Positions 1-10,569 of a stretch of DNA of 64,000 nt are shown piece after piece. The stretch's first letter is position 1. Each line of letters begins with the position of its first letter. Position numbers and translations under genes: made by a program. Source of the DNA: an uncultured Verrucomicrobiae bacterium (GTDB lineage Bacteria > Verrucomicrobiota > Verrucomicrobiia > Chthoniobacterales > JAFAMB01); assembly GCA_963762565.1 (NCBI GenBank), contig CAVXLD010000004.1:96001-160000 (forward strand), given 5' to 3'. The notes under the pieces are model-generated. The model saw nothing but the letters and a program-made list of their open reading frames with translations, searched no databases and was not told where the DNA came from.

Positions 1-35
1 GGTTTCAAAGCGTGACGAATTAGGGTCACGCTTTT

Positions 36-878
36 TTAGAGATAACCCGCGGGGGCGACGCTGCGTACAAATGCGAGCCTGTCTTTGGCTTCAGCCGGTT
101 GCAGCGCATGCAGAATGATCGTTCCCTCGAAACCGGATTTCCTCAGAAGTTCCAGGTAGTAGGGATAATCCAGCCGTCCCCGTCCGGCCGCGAGATGCCC
201 AGCCTCCCCGTCCTTATCAAGATCTTTCGCGTGCGCCAGAGCAATGTCGGGACCGAGAAGATCGAATGCTTCGTCGAGTACTTTCCGCATATTCGGCAAT
301 TGGCCAGGTTGAAAAATATTGGCTCCGTCCATCACGATTTTCAGCTGCGACGACCTCACTTCGTCGAGAAGCCGTCGAGCTTTCTGTACCGAGTTTATCG
401 TGTTACCGATCTCAGGTTCGACCCCGAGCGTTACGCCGTATTTTTCGGCGACTTTTGCCGCCCTCTCGATCTGTACGAGCAGATCCGACCAAGCCTCAGG
501 TGAGTTGTTACCCGGGTGCTTGCGCCACATGCTCTCGGGGTCGCGCGACCCGGTGCACAAGGTGACAACTTCGGTGCCGAGGCGAGGAGCCCATGCAATC
601 AAGCGGTCCAAGTCTTCCGCTCCCTCCAAACGCGCCTGCGGATCGGGGTCGATCATATTATAGGTACCGGAGAGGGCGGCCAGCGTAAGCTGGCGTCGAG
701 AGAAGCCTTCAGTAATGACCTCGATCGTACGTGCTGAAAGCTCGGCTGGAAAACTGTGACCCACGGCAGAAACCAGATCGAATTGGACCCCGGTCGCGCC
801 CGTCGCCGCGATCGCGTCGAGGTTTGCGTCGAGAGAGACAGTCGGAAATTCGGGGGAAAACAATCCTAGTGTGGCCAT
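36..878 (-). CDS. Sugar phosphate isomerase/epimerase (xylose-isomerase-like TIM barrel, AP_endonuc_2 family)
   Basis: 280 aa ORF with family motifs GVEPE, VMDGAN, HAKD and G.G.LDY. Confidence 0.85.
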   Translation of the reverse strand: MATLGLFSPEFPTVSLDANLDAIAATGATGVQFDLVSAVGHSFPAELSARTIEVITEGFSRRQLTLAALSGTYNMIDPDPQARLEGAEDLDRLIAWAPRLGTEVVTLCTGSRDPESMWRKHPGNNSPEAWSDLLVQIERAAKVAEKYGVTLGVEPEIGNTINSVQKARRLLDEVRSSQLKIVMDGANIFQPGQLPNMRKVLDEAFDLLGPDIALAHAKDLDKDGEAGHLAAGRGRLDYPYYLELLRKSGFEGTIILHALQPAEAKDRLAFVRSVAPAGYL

Positions 879-1181
879 GTTTTTGCTTGGATTTGGACGT
901 TCATTAATCGCCCTTTCACCGCCTCCAGCCCGCTACGCGGGTGCTTTTCGGACTTGGCGCAGTACTCCAACACTCCCACCTCCCCCCCAACACTTCGCGT
1001 AGCGATGCGGGCGGGCATCACTCCGCGTGGCCGGATTCGAGGACGACGACGAGGACGAGAACGAAGCGCCTTGTGAGGATTGTGACAACCGGAGCGGTCC
1101 GGGTCAAGAAGCGCGCATCGAAAGCCCACCCTAGGGCCGTCGTCTTTACAATCGGAAAGCGTTTTGCTTCCCTTGAGATCC

Positions 1182-1851
1182 ATGGACAGCGAAGGCGCGA
1201 GGATTGGATGGAATCTTCGACAGCGTATAGTCGCGGCAATAGGCCTGGTATTGGCTTTTGGGTTCGTTCTCCGAAAGTTGATAGTCCCAGTATCAATCCA
1301 ATCCACTGCACGAGGCGGCGCTGTCGATCTTGGTTCAGTGGGTGACGACCGGCATCGTCGCATCATCGCGTTATGGTTGCGTCTAAATCCCACCGAATTG
1401 GGGTTACGTGTACCGCGACTGTTGATTGGCCAATTCTCTCGCCACCCTTGTGGTCGGAATGTCGCAGCAGGAGTTTCCAGCGCGTTCCCAGCTCCGCTCC
1501 GCAAAGTCCTTCGTGAAAACGATTATTTCTTTGCCGTTACCGTTCCGCATCGTGCTCGTTATCACCGCCGGTGTTTGCGAAGAATTTTTGTTTCGAGGAT
1601 TCGGAATTACTGTTCTAACCCGGCTTATAGGGAACCGCTGGTTATCCGGGCTATTGTCACTGGCCGCTTTTACGGTTGCAAATGCAGGACTCTTTGGCTG
1701 GACTTCCAGTCTTCTGACCCCGTGCGTGCTAGGACTTTTCCTCACACTTCTATTTCTACTGCGGAAAAATCTAATCATCGGCATGGTGGTACACGCACTG
1801 GTCGATGCGATCGGCCTGATATTGGTTCCTATGGCTTCGACGAAGGGTTGA
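1182..1851 (+). pseudogene. CPBP/CAAX intramembrane glutamic protease, frameshifted
   Basis: C-terminal frame (1426-1851) has CEEFLFRG and HALVD motifs. The hydrophobic N-terminus (MDSEGARIGW...) lies in another frame. Pseudogene or sequencing indels. Confidence 0.7.
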
Positions 1852-2023
1852 TTTAGGGACGCCAGCGGCTGGGGCAAACGTCATCTTCTAAGTAATCAGT
1901 AATCATTGTGTCAGCAATCAGTTCTCACGCCGATCGAAAACCGGAATCACCCAAGTGACTTGAACGCCATGCGCTCGGTTTGCGTCGGATGGCGTGCCAC
2001 GAGTAAGCCTCAGGCGCGTCGAA

Positions 2024-2067
2024 TGGCTACCGCGCATGGATTCGAACCATGAATAACGCCTCCAAAG
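2024..2067 (-). repeat. att site: 44-bp duplication of the tRNA-Gln 3' half (distal island boundary)
   Basis: tggctaccgcgcatggattcgaaccatgaataacgcctccaaag is identical to 17010-17053. Confidence 0.97.
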
Positions 2068-2154
2068 AGCATTATATTCCCTAGCAATCTTGAAAAAAGC
2101 AGCAGTATGCAGCAATTCGAGATTTTTAGCTATTGGTTTCTGGCATACCTACTC

Positions 2155-2775
2155 TTAAGCCGAATCGCCACGTTGAGCCGGCAGCGTTAAGAGCGGAGCT
2201 GGGGGAGGTTGCGCCAGCATAGCGTTGAGGGCGGAACGGCGTTGTAGGTCACGGAGTTGTAGATCGTGAACAATCGGTTGTGGAAGATAAACGCGCGCGA
2301 AATCGTCGGGTCGGAAATCAAGACCGACGTCCCTTGCGATACTCATAAGCAATTCCGTGCGCCTCTGATCGATTAATGGCGTGGGCCCCGCAGCCGGAAA
2401 ATTGCGCGGGTCATTAAGCGCTGAATAGAGATGTGCCCAAGTATCCCGCACACTCGGAACATCGTGAAAAACAGTATCGATAAGGTTAAGAGCCTTCACG
2501 CATTCGGGTTCGGCTATGAAATGGCGATGCTGCATGATGGTGGCGAATACCCACATTTTTACTCGCGCTTTTTCGGTGGCGGATTGCATTGACGCAGTTA
2601 GCTGCGCCGCGTCCAAAGGTGCTTTTTTTGTAGCGGCAACCGCTTTTGACGTCGCTATCGCCGCCCAGGTCGTGGCGATAGCCGCCCATATTGCTGCGAT
2701 TGCAGCGATCCATTCGGAGGACATTTGCGAGCCGAAAGGTACCACAATCGCCACAAAAACAAAGAGGCTCGTCAA
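2155..2775 (-). CDS. Membrane-anchored hypothetical protein, DUF6680-like
   Basis: N-terminal hydrophobic helix, then VFATIMQHR...VKALNLIDTVF...YLPQ, recalled as the DUF6680 pattern. Confidence 0.6.
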   Translation of the reverse strand: MTSLFVFVAIVVPFGSQMSSEWIAAIAAIWAAIATTWAAIATSKAVAATKKAPLDAAQLTASMQSATEKARVKMWVFATIMQHRHFIAEPECVKALNLIDTVFHDVPSVRDTWAHLYSALNDPRNFPAAGPTPLIDQRRTELLMSIARDVGLDFRPDDFARVYLPQPIVHDLQLRDLQRRSALNAMLAQPPPAPLLTLPAQRGDSA

Positions 2776-2914
2776 TTCCGGGTACGATGGCCGAGATTTC
2801 GCGAATATCCTGAACTTCGAGGACTCAGACGGATTAGGAAGAGATAGCTGAAGTCACGGGAGCAAATCCTCCTCGCTTTTATCTCTCCTTGTAATTTGTG
2901 TTCAGAAGCACATA

Positions 2915-3718
2915 TTGTGGACCTCGATCCCAATGAAGCCATTTCCACTCAACAAGGCAGACATACCCGTAGAGGATTTCTGGAATATGTCGCCCGAGCG
3001 ACGTTCTCAGATTGTGCTCTTGGGTGTGTTTTTGAACGAAACAAATTGGCTCATGCACCTTTTGGTAAAAGCCGCTCATGGTGTGCAAGATACTCCGCCA
3101 AGTCGTTTAACCCCAGAGGAGGAGGCAAGTGAAGCTGTTACCGCCTTGCTTGCTACAACGCTTGTCGGAAAAGTCTTTGAAAGCTGGAAATGTCTGATTA
3201 GGGGCGAGCGCGACAACAAAAGCGTCTTGGAAAAGCTTCCATTATCGGACAGGACCAAGCAGCTCAGAGACGTGGTCAGAAAGAAGGTTATGAGCAAACT
3301 GTTCCGTGAGATTCGCAACCATCTCGGGTTTCACTACGCCGCCGAGGAGATAAATATCGATCGACTTAAGGGCGTTATCACGGATCGAGATTCCCACATC
3401 TTTATTCATCCTCAAGGTTGCATCGGCTTTACGTTGTCGCGCCTGTCAACGCTCGCCATCCTTGAAGGTATTGTCGGAAAGAATTCCGCCAAAAACCGCA
3501 TCCAAGCTTTTGAGGACACCATAGCGAAGATCTTTGAGACAACAGGACCATACTCTGAATTTCTCTCGGGGGCGTTAATTGACGTGATACAAAGCGAGTT
3601 CGGGAAACGAAAACTTGGCGGCAAGAGGCTCTCGATTCAAGGCGCGCCAACAGACGAAGAAGTCGGGCCTCTCCGTTTCTTTACCCACCCACCGCAAGAA
3701 TTCTCGCCCAATCAATAG
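2915..3718 (+). CDS. Hypothetical helical protein with HEPN-like RxxxxxH motif
   Basis: 267 aa ORF containing FREIRNHLGFHY. Confidence 0.55.
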   Translation: MWTSIPMKPFPLNKADIPVEDFWNMSPERRSQIVLLGVFLNETNWLMHLLVKAAHGVQDTPPSRLTPEEEASEAVTALLATTLVGKVFESWKCLIRGERDNKSVLEKLPLSDRTKQLRDVVRKKVMSKLFREIRNHLGFHYAAEEINIDRLKGVITDRDSHIFIHPQGCIGFTLSRLSTLAILEGIVGKNSAKNRIQAFEDTIAKIFETTGPYSEFLSGALIDVIQSEFGKRKLGGKRLSIQGAPTDEEVGPLRFFTHPPQEFSPNQ

Positions 3719-3734
3719 CCAGAAAACGAAAATC

Positions 3735-3998
3735 ATGAACTTCGAAGAAGAGTCAAAAAGGGCTTTAAGAATAACGATCGAGTGGGCCGTAGAATATAAA
3801 CGACCTGGGGCCGGAACAATCCGCGAACAACTCCCTGCCGATTCTGTCTCAGAAGTGTGCACAAAATCGGGTTTTAATCCGCCCGAAGACCACGACTTTC
3901 GGGCACAAAAACTGCGGGTTATCGAATATCACAGTCACACGAAAACAAATTTCCCGGAAGGCGAATGGATTAGTTATTCCCCGCCGCCAACGGCTTAA
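3735..3998 (+). CDS. Hypothetical protein
   Basis: ATG at 3735 (MNFEEES...), directly downstream of the previous gene; protein-like composition. Confidence 0.45.
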   Translation: MNFEEESKRALRITIEWAVEYKRPGAGTIREQLPADSVSEVCTKSGFNPPEDHDFRAQKLRVIEYHSHTKTNFPEGEWISYSPPPTA

Positions 3999-4017
3999 AA
4001 ATACCGATGCGGACGAG

Positions 4018-4188
4018 CTAAACTGGATTCCGCTTCAGGTAATCGTTGATTTTAGCGACGGTCTCCTTTCGCCCAACCGTGCGCCCAGTCATCCAAGCGC
4101 GAACGCCGTCAACGTTTGCGCCTAATTCGGCGGCTAGCTCAGTCTTCGTCATCCCGCAACGGATGCGAACAGCTTCGACTTTGCGCAT
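4018..4188 (-). CDS. Small XRE/Cro-like helix-turn-helix protein (not in ORF track)
   Basis: Hand translation MRKVEAVRIRCGMTKTELAAELGANVDGVRAWMTGRTVGRKETVAKINDYLKRNPV, a classic Cro/XRE pattern. The frame continues upstream through one TGA. Confidence 0.7.
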   Translation of the reverse strand: MRKVEAVRIRCGMTKTELAAELGANVDGVRAWMTGRTVGRKETVAKINDYLKRNPV

Positions 4189-4651
4189 TAAAGCGGCGAA
4201 CTGCTTCCGTTCTTCGTCAGGACGACCCGGTCGCCGTATCCAGCCAGGCCGTCAAAAAGAAAAAGCCATTGCCATCGCCATCTGTACTGGGCTCATGGCC
4301 ATAATCTAATTCTTGGAATATTCTTCCTCTTGTGCCTTTTTTGTTTGCTTCTGTCTACAGTGAGCCCGCTTCCCGGCGCGATGTGGTTTAAGTCGTCCCA
4401 TAATTATTTGTTCCTGTCTTCGTATTTATCCCACGCTTCAAGAAAAGGCTCATACACAGCCGCGGGCGGTTTTTGCAAATTCACCAAAGACATGGGCGCG
4501 AATCGAACCAACTACTATCGAGCAATATCAGCAAACATGCAATAACTGCAATCAGCCTCAAAAGCAATTTGCAATAAGTGCAATAGATTGCAACATTCTT
4601 TGTGTCTGTATCTTTCTTTTTGCGTTCTCGTTAGGTTACTGTTCCACGCCA

Positions 4652-4813
4652 ATGAAAACCCACCAAATAACATTGGCTCCCGAACCGAACCGAGACCGCG
4701 AATTCCGGGTGAGCGCCCGCGCCGAGGATAGAGGCCCTTACGACAGATATTTGGCCGTAGAAACACAACGGCCTAATGGCAAATGGCGAAGCGTGTTATC
4801 CGATGTGCTTTAA
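4652..4813 (+). CDS. Small hypothetical protein, possibly truncated; similar to 5079-5261
   Basis: Hand translation MKTHQITLAPEPNRDREFRVSAR...QRPNGKWRSVLSDVL. Confidence 0.35.
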   Translation: MKTHQITLAPEPNRDREFRVSARAEDRGPYDRYLAVETQRPNGKWRSVLSDVL

Positions 4814-5078
4814 GGATTAGCGGAAGAAGGAGGAGGGGGCGGGAGGAGCCGAAGAAACAATCCGTATGATTCGCAGCGGCCAGATAAAATCTTTGGGGAG
4901 GCGATATGGCGACGCTGGCGCAATACGTGATCGCAAGTCAGGAGGGCATGACCCCGTTAGTTACCGCAGCAAACAAGAAAGAGGCACAGAAGTTTAGCAG
5001 GCAGGCCCGAATGTTGGGTTTTAGCGGTCGGATCGTTTTTCAGCCTCCGACGGTAAAGATGAGTTCAGCCCTCCCGTT

Positions 5079-5261
5079 ATGATCCAAATCGGTGACCGCA
5101 CGTTTCGCGGGTCTGAGCGCAAGGAACACGGCTACTCGATTTGTCGCCAGCGCGCCAATGGAAGCTGGCAACGCTGGATGCGGTTACATCATCTGAATGA
5201 CCAGGGCGACGTAGAGACAGCTATCCAGCTAATCCGCGCAAGCTTGCCCGCGCTTGTTTGA
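5079..5261 (+). CDS. Small hypothetical protein
   Basis: 60 aa ORF sharing DRxFRxSxR and QRxNGxW motifs with the 4652 ORF. Confidence 0.45.
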   Translation: MIQIGDRTFRGSERKEHGYSICRQRANGSWQRWMRLHHLNDQGDVETAIQLIRASLPALV

Positions 5262-6521
5262 TCTTCACACCATCTGTCTGGGCTGGAATAAGCAGCCCCC
5301 TGATATTCATGTCTAAGCCGAAGCCATTTATGCCTTGATCCTACGGAAATCGGTGATACCCTTTTCCAGCTCAATCCCCCCGCAGAAGGACGACAACCCT
5401 CCCTTCGAAATAGTTCGATAGAGGGTTGTATTCTAACTTTTTCGTCATCACCCTTTGGATCACTTCTTCCCAGCGATCCCACAACATCTAGATAACGCGT
5501 AAATATTCCACAAAAGCTTCATCTGGTCCTAAGCCTAGGGTCGTGTATATCCACAGACCTTCTTGTTAAAGTCCAGTTTATCATCTACAAGTGGATTGCC
5601 AATACCTGATTGGCTACCACTTTAATTGCTGCCCGCAACACCAGGTAGCTTAAGGTCACCTACAGTTTCTCCAGTTTGCTGATTTCCACGGCAAGCCATA
5701 GTTCTCTGTCTTCTAGCGATTGCTTCGACCTTGTACGACTAAGTCGTTGTAATTAATTGAAGCTTTAGGCCCGCGATCTTCAAATGTGGCGTCATGCCAC
5801 TCAATGATTGCTTCAGCGCCAGCTTCGAGAGGCGGACAACCCTAAGCCGATTTTTGCGCCATTTAGACAAAGTTGCTTTGTTAACACCTATCTGTTTTGC
5901 GATCTCGGACGCTGTTGCCGGGGGTATCTATCTTGTCACCAACTACTCTGGCAACTAAGAGAAAGAATTCTTAGTTTCTCTAGAGAAAAGTCAAACAACT
6001 GTTTGAAAGTTGCGCCGAGTTGCTGTTTCTAATGAAATTTCAGAAATCTTGAAAACGTAAGTGACGTACTCGCTTCGCACGCGCAAGCATGCTTACCAGA
6101 AATTTGAAGTAGCATCACGTGGGGGTGTGTTGAGACAATCCCCAAAGAACGACTTTGTAGGACTTGATTGGTGAACGTTATCACTTCATCCAATAACTAC
6201 GCTTAAGAATGTTACAGACTCGCCTTTGTGCGGAACAGATGCGTGGCGTGCCAAGCGTTTTGCTTACTGAATACAAGCCCAATTCCTTTCGGTATCCAGT
6301 TCCGCTGTTGCGCGACTTCCGTGGGCGGATTGGGCGGCGTTGAACAAACCAGTTATAACCCATTTTAATACTGGCTGCGATATCGTCGTTAAAAGTGGAA
6401 TAGTTTATACTTACAACAGGTACGAAATTCACCGATCTAAAGCTGCTACCGAGACTTTATCGAATGACAGTGCCGTAATTCGCGATCCCACCAGCCCATT
6501 ACATGTTTAAGATCGTGTCGT

Positions 6522-6710
6522 TTATGGACGTTCCGAAAGCCTCTTCGCTACAGCATTACGAACCCGCTCTTCAGGATCACTCTTAAGGGCCTCCAGGCTT
6601 TCGCGCTTGGCCGGGCCGAGCGATTGTAGACTGCCCGCGTTCAATCTGACCATTGTCATCACGCAGCAGCCCGTCCAGTACCTCACTAGGACATGATCGG
6701 TTTCGTGCAA
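6522..6710 (-). pseudogene. Fragment ending in a HEAT-like repeat
   Basis: C-terminus LEALKSDPEERVRNAVAKRL resembles a HEAT repeat; N-terminus not convincing. Confidence 0.35.
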
Positions 6711-6988
6711 CCTCTGTCCGGACTGATAAGCTTTGGTCAGTTGCCAGCAAACACAACTGACCGATGGAAGCTCTCAGACTTTCTCGCCGCAGAGAAACGG
6801 ACTAATTCGTCGGAATCAAGAGCGGGATCGGCGTTAGTATCTCGATCATGCGAATCCAAATAAGCGTCAAATGATCGCGAAAGGCGGGGTGCGGCCGGTC
6901 GCCACCTGAAGGCCCGAAAATCTGATTTCTCTTTCAGTGATGTCCAAAACTTAAGCCAAAATGGCGCGATATTTTAGACTCTGAAATT

Positions 6989-7885
6989 TTAATCATTTTT
7001 GCGCTCTAGAGTGTCGCCGAATTTCCCACGCGCTTTAAGCAAGAGGATTAGTCGTTCGTGCCACGACATGGGATTCCCAGGCTCCACAACACACAACGCC
7101 AGGACGTATTCCAAACATTCAATTGAGAACGCTTGAATCGTTTTATCAACTACTTGGCGAGTCACCTCCATTAAGGATACTAGTCCCAGAACGTCGAGAC
7201 CTTCTAGAGTTGCTAAATTTGAATCCACGATTCCGATAGATGTGTAGAGCTTGTTGGAGGTAGCCTCGGTGAGGTCGTCCATCGCCTCCAAAGCTTCTAG
7301 GAACGTCCGAGAAAAAGCCTCAAGATCCCAGACCGGCAGGGTAGCTATGTTCCCGGGGACCACAGCCCAATCGTGAAGAGAGTTGCGAACCGTTTCCGGG
7401 AGTCCGACCTTCGCTCCAAACTCAGCGAATGAAGTTCGAACGATCCCTTGCTCCTCGGGATCGGTGAATTTCGATATTAGGCGCTCCCAATTCGCCTCTA
7501 TGTCACCAACTGAAAGACACGCGGCACCGCGCAACCATAGTATCGAAAGCCATCCGCAATCGGAATAGACCTTATCTTGCCAGAGGGGTATAACCTCGTC
7601 CCTCAGCAGTGCCTCTAACGCTCGGGCGCGAAAAATGAGATCTATCGAACCGTCGTAATTTGGTGTGGGGCTATCTCCTACGGGTGCGTGGACGACAACA
7701 ACTTGATCGGCTTGGAATGACGCTGCCGGAATCGGACCTGAGGAGACATACTCAACAACCAGATCAATCAGGTTCAGCGAATTCTCCGCCTCAAGCCTAA
7801 TTTGAAACGCTTCGCTCTCGTCACGATTAAGTAGATATTTGGTCATCTCCGAAAACCTTTTGCGAAAGACCGGTCTCTGCAGCAC
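6989..7885 (-). CDS. Hypothetical protein, probably the C-terminal part of a longer frameshifted gene
   Basis: 298 aa acidic ORF with a weak start; protein-like fragments continue upstream in other frames. Confidence 0.55.
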   Translation of the reverse strand: MLQRPVFRKRFSEMTKYLLNRDESEAFQIRLEAENSLNLIDLVVEYVSSGPIPAASFQADQVVVVHAPVGDSPTPNYDGSIDLIFRARALEALLRDEVIPLWQDKVYSDCGWLSILWLRGAACLSVGDIEANWERLISKFTDPEEQGIVRTSFAEFGAKVGLPETVRNSLHDWAVVPGNIATLPVWDLEAFSRTFLEALEAMDDLTEATSNKLYTSIGIVDSNLATLEGLDVLGLVSLMEVTRQVVDKTIQAFSIECLEYVLALCVVEPGNPMSWHERLILLLKARGKFGDTLERKND

Positions 7886-8708
7886 TCAGCGAATATTCCA
7901 GTTTTACTCGCGGACCCAGCAAATATTCAACCTCGGTGTGATTGTCTTTGAGAGACGCCAGTTTTAGCGCAGGTCTGGCCGTAATCTGGATCGGGACTCG
8001 CCACTATTCCGAATCGAAAAATTGAGGATAGGATATTTTTGATTTTGCTCGAAAACGATGACCGGTTCGCGGCCGCTCGACATGGCTTTTCAGAGACAGA
8101 CTATGCCCAAAGTGCTGGTACACGATGACGTCATGGCCTGCATAGACCTGATGAAGGCTAACGTTTTGCCCCGGCTCCGGGGCTATGCTTTTTTTGGTCC
8201 AGAATCGCTGTCGCTCGCACCACTGGAAACGTTTATATCCTTCTCAAGATCTACTCTCTGAACATGAGCACCCCTGGAGGTCTTGTCGGTCGCAGTGAGA
8301 CCGCCTTGCCTGCTTACGGCATCTTCGACTCTCACAGCCGCTTGAGGGCCAGTAGAGCGGCCTGAGTCTTTGGACTCGTTTGAGCCTTCGATGCTGTCTC
8401 ACCAAGCCGGGTCTTTAAAACCCATTTATAGATTTTCTGTAGGCAAGGAAGGCGCACAGGCCAGCAATTACGAGTACTACAAGGCCAATCAGCATGACAG
8501 TCTGCGTGTCCACGGCGGGCGATGCTAGCAAGTTGCAATGCTTATTGCAAGATCGGAAATTTCGCAGTCTTTCCTGCTTCAATCAGCTTCCATGCTTCTG
8601 GATACAAGTGGCAGATTGGGAGTTTTCGACGAAGGGCGAACGGCTACCGATCTAATGAAACAATTCACTGAACCGCCAAGATTGATTCCTCACGAAATTC
8701 CGACATCA

Positions 8709-8984
8709 TTACGCACCCGCTATTGGCATATTATCGCGGTGCTGCTTCCAAACATGCCAGACAGCCTCAGAAGCCAGTTTCAGACCAATCAACTCAAACC
8801 TCAAATCGAAGAGTTCTCGCTCGCGTTGAATCTCTGCAACCTCGCCGTTTCCTCTGCGAAAATAGTTTGTCAAAATCTCGTAGTGCACGTCGTCCAATCG
8901 CTTCAATTCTTTGGATGCTGAAAGGAACCAATCGCGAAAATCGGCGTGTGTATGTTTTATTTCTAGGGGATCACACAGAGTCAT
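8709..8984 (-). CDS. Hypothetical protein
   Basis: 91 aa, ATG start, tightly packed after the upstream minus-strand genes. Confidence 0.55.
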   Translation of the reverse strand: MTLCDPLEIKHTHADFRDWFLSASKELKRLDDVHYEILTNYFRRGNGEVAEIQRERELFDLRFELIGLKLASEAVWHVWKQHRDNMPIAGA

Positions 8985-8993
8985 AATATTTAA

Positions 8994-9981
8994 TTATTGT
9001 ATACCAGCGTTGGCTGTTAACCTGTTCTGCAATTTGATAGACTTAGCGCCCAAGCGGGTGAATGCCGCTTGAATAGCTGATTTGTTTTTTTGGTAGAAGC
9101 GCGACCGTTCGGTATCGTCAGTTATACCGTCTAGCGCCGCTAATATACCAACACCTTCGGTTGGTTGCGGCTCGGGCAAGCGGCTCAATTGATTCCGGTT
9201 TTTGCTAAGAGGCGACAGGCTAACACATTAGCTTGCTTCTCGAATTTTTCCGTTAACTCGACTCGTTGCGCTTCAAGCCTAGCCTGGAATTGCTGCTCTG
9301 TCGGAACGCTAGAAACATTATCCTTTGGCTCCAGCGATTCACAAAGCTTGTCTAACCGATCGGCTGCGTTATCGTGGAACGCTGCCAAGCGGCTTAGAAA
9401 CTGCGTCGTCTCGGCACATTGAGGACACTGGATTTGTACTGCACCCTTGCGCTTGTGCCCGCTCGGTACAACTTGAGCCGGAACAACTGTCGAGAGTTAG
9501 TAGCGGCTAAACCACCGTCAGAAAATAATCCACTGGTCGCGGCTGGGTCACTTACGATCGCAGCCCCGCTAATTGACTCACACCGCACAAAGTCTTTGCC
9601 GCCGATAGTTTGCGTCGTTGGGACGAACTCGACCGACAGCCCAAATTCCTTGGGCATTCGATCCGCGATTTCGAGTACATAATTTCGATGCTCGGATGAC
9701 TGAAGAAGTTGTAAATCTGCGCGCAGAGAATCGCCGTCCAACCGGAAATTACTCAGCGTTCCTACGAAGCTTGCGGCAGAATTTTGATGATCTAGTTTGC
9801 AACGCAAAGTCTTTTTGCTTTGGCAAGCCGTTAGAAAGCTCTGCAACGTTTTTGAATCAATGTGCAGATTGTGGCCAGCGGCAACACCCGTTTTGCTGGA
9901 TATCAGACAAACGCCCTTTATAAGACCTGCCGCACGGTCAATTTGTGATGCGCCGAATTTAGTTGTATAGGTTGTCATCAC
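8994..9981 (-). CDS. Phage prohead-protease-like protein with scaffold-like C-terminal extension, split across three frames (9394-9981, 9185-~9497, 8994-9188)
   Basis: Protease-like motifs KLDH...VG.L...LRADL...FGLSVEF...AIVSDPA. Two successive -1 shifts join it to a CPQC/coiled-coil segment and a terminal ERSRFYQKNK segment. Confidence 0.6.
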
Positions 9982-10505
9982 AATTTTGCGGCGTGGACGA
10001 TACGCGAAGTTAGTTGCGTTTGTTTGCGAGCAGCGTTTTCTAAGTCCGCAACACTGATGTACTTTTGCGGCCCAGCGTTTGAAGCCGCCGTGTTGTCTCC
10101 GACATGCAATGGCGGTCTTGTATTTCCGTCTGGATTCGGCACACCTTTTTGCATTCCGCTAGTAACTGTCTTTTTGAGCGCATCGCTCGTTGAGGCCCAG
10201 ATGTTTAGCAAATCGGCGTTACCTAAACTTTCGATGTGCTTCTGCAAAATATCGATCGCACCATAGATTGGGCTATCGTCGTTAGAACCTTCCATAGGAA
10301 CGCTGCCGTCAAAATCGCTATCGCCAATGTCGTCTTGGTCAACTCGTTGCGTATCGACGGGAGCGTTGCCTACATCAAATTGCTTGGTGCCCATCACATC
10401 GTTAAACCCCGATTGATGATTGAGAATGTAGCTTGTTCGACGGCCAGCCTTCAGCCAATTCTTTGCGGCTCGATTAAACTGTTGTTCTTGGATTGTTGTA
10501 CTCAT
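9978..10505 (-). CDS. Hypothetical protein
   Basis: 175 aa ORF whose stop overlaps the protease start (translational coupling). Confidence 0.65.
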   Translation of the reverse strand: MSTTIQEQQFNRAAKNWLKAGRRTSYILNHQSGFNDVMGTKQFDVGNAPVDTQRVDQDDIGDSDFDGSVPMEGSNDDSPIYGAIDILQKHIESLGNADLLNIWASTSDALKKTVTSGMQKGVPNPDGNTRPPLHVGDNTAASNAGPQKYISVADLENAARKQTQLTSRIVHAAKL

Positions 10506-10569
10506 ATCAAATTCGTTTTCTCTTGAATCGCTTTAAACTCGGCTTGACGCATCTCGCCTTGTAAGTTGG

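Noticed and set aside
866..1504. ORFs with RPRRRPR or VLVVVLE tracts (also near 33400-33700 and 48100-48420)
   Set aside because: These are translations of the tcgtcc repeat family or antisense shadows, not genes
2024..2067. Second tRNA-Gln gene
   Set aside because: Only the 3' 44 nt are present, with no D-arm or 5' acceptor strand; it is the att duplication
4520..4595. Cluster of GCAAT motifs as an operator array
   Set aside because: The motif is short, irregularly spaced and lies within a decayed AT-rich region; it cannot be distinguished from chance
9180..9500. Programmed -1 frameshift in the protease gene
   Set aside because: No X XXY YYZ heptamer was found (gcaaaaacc has only five A); mutation or sequencing indel is more parsimonious
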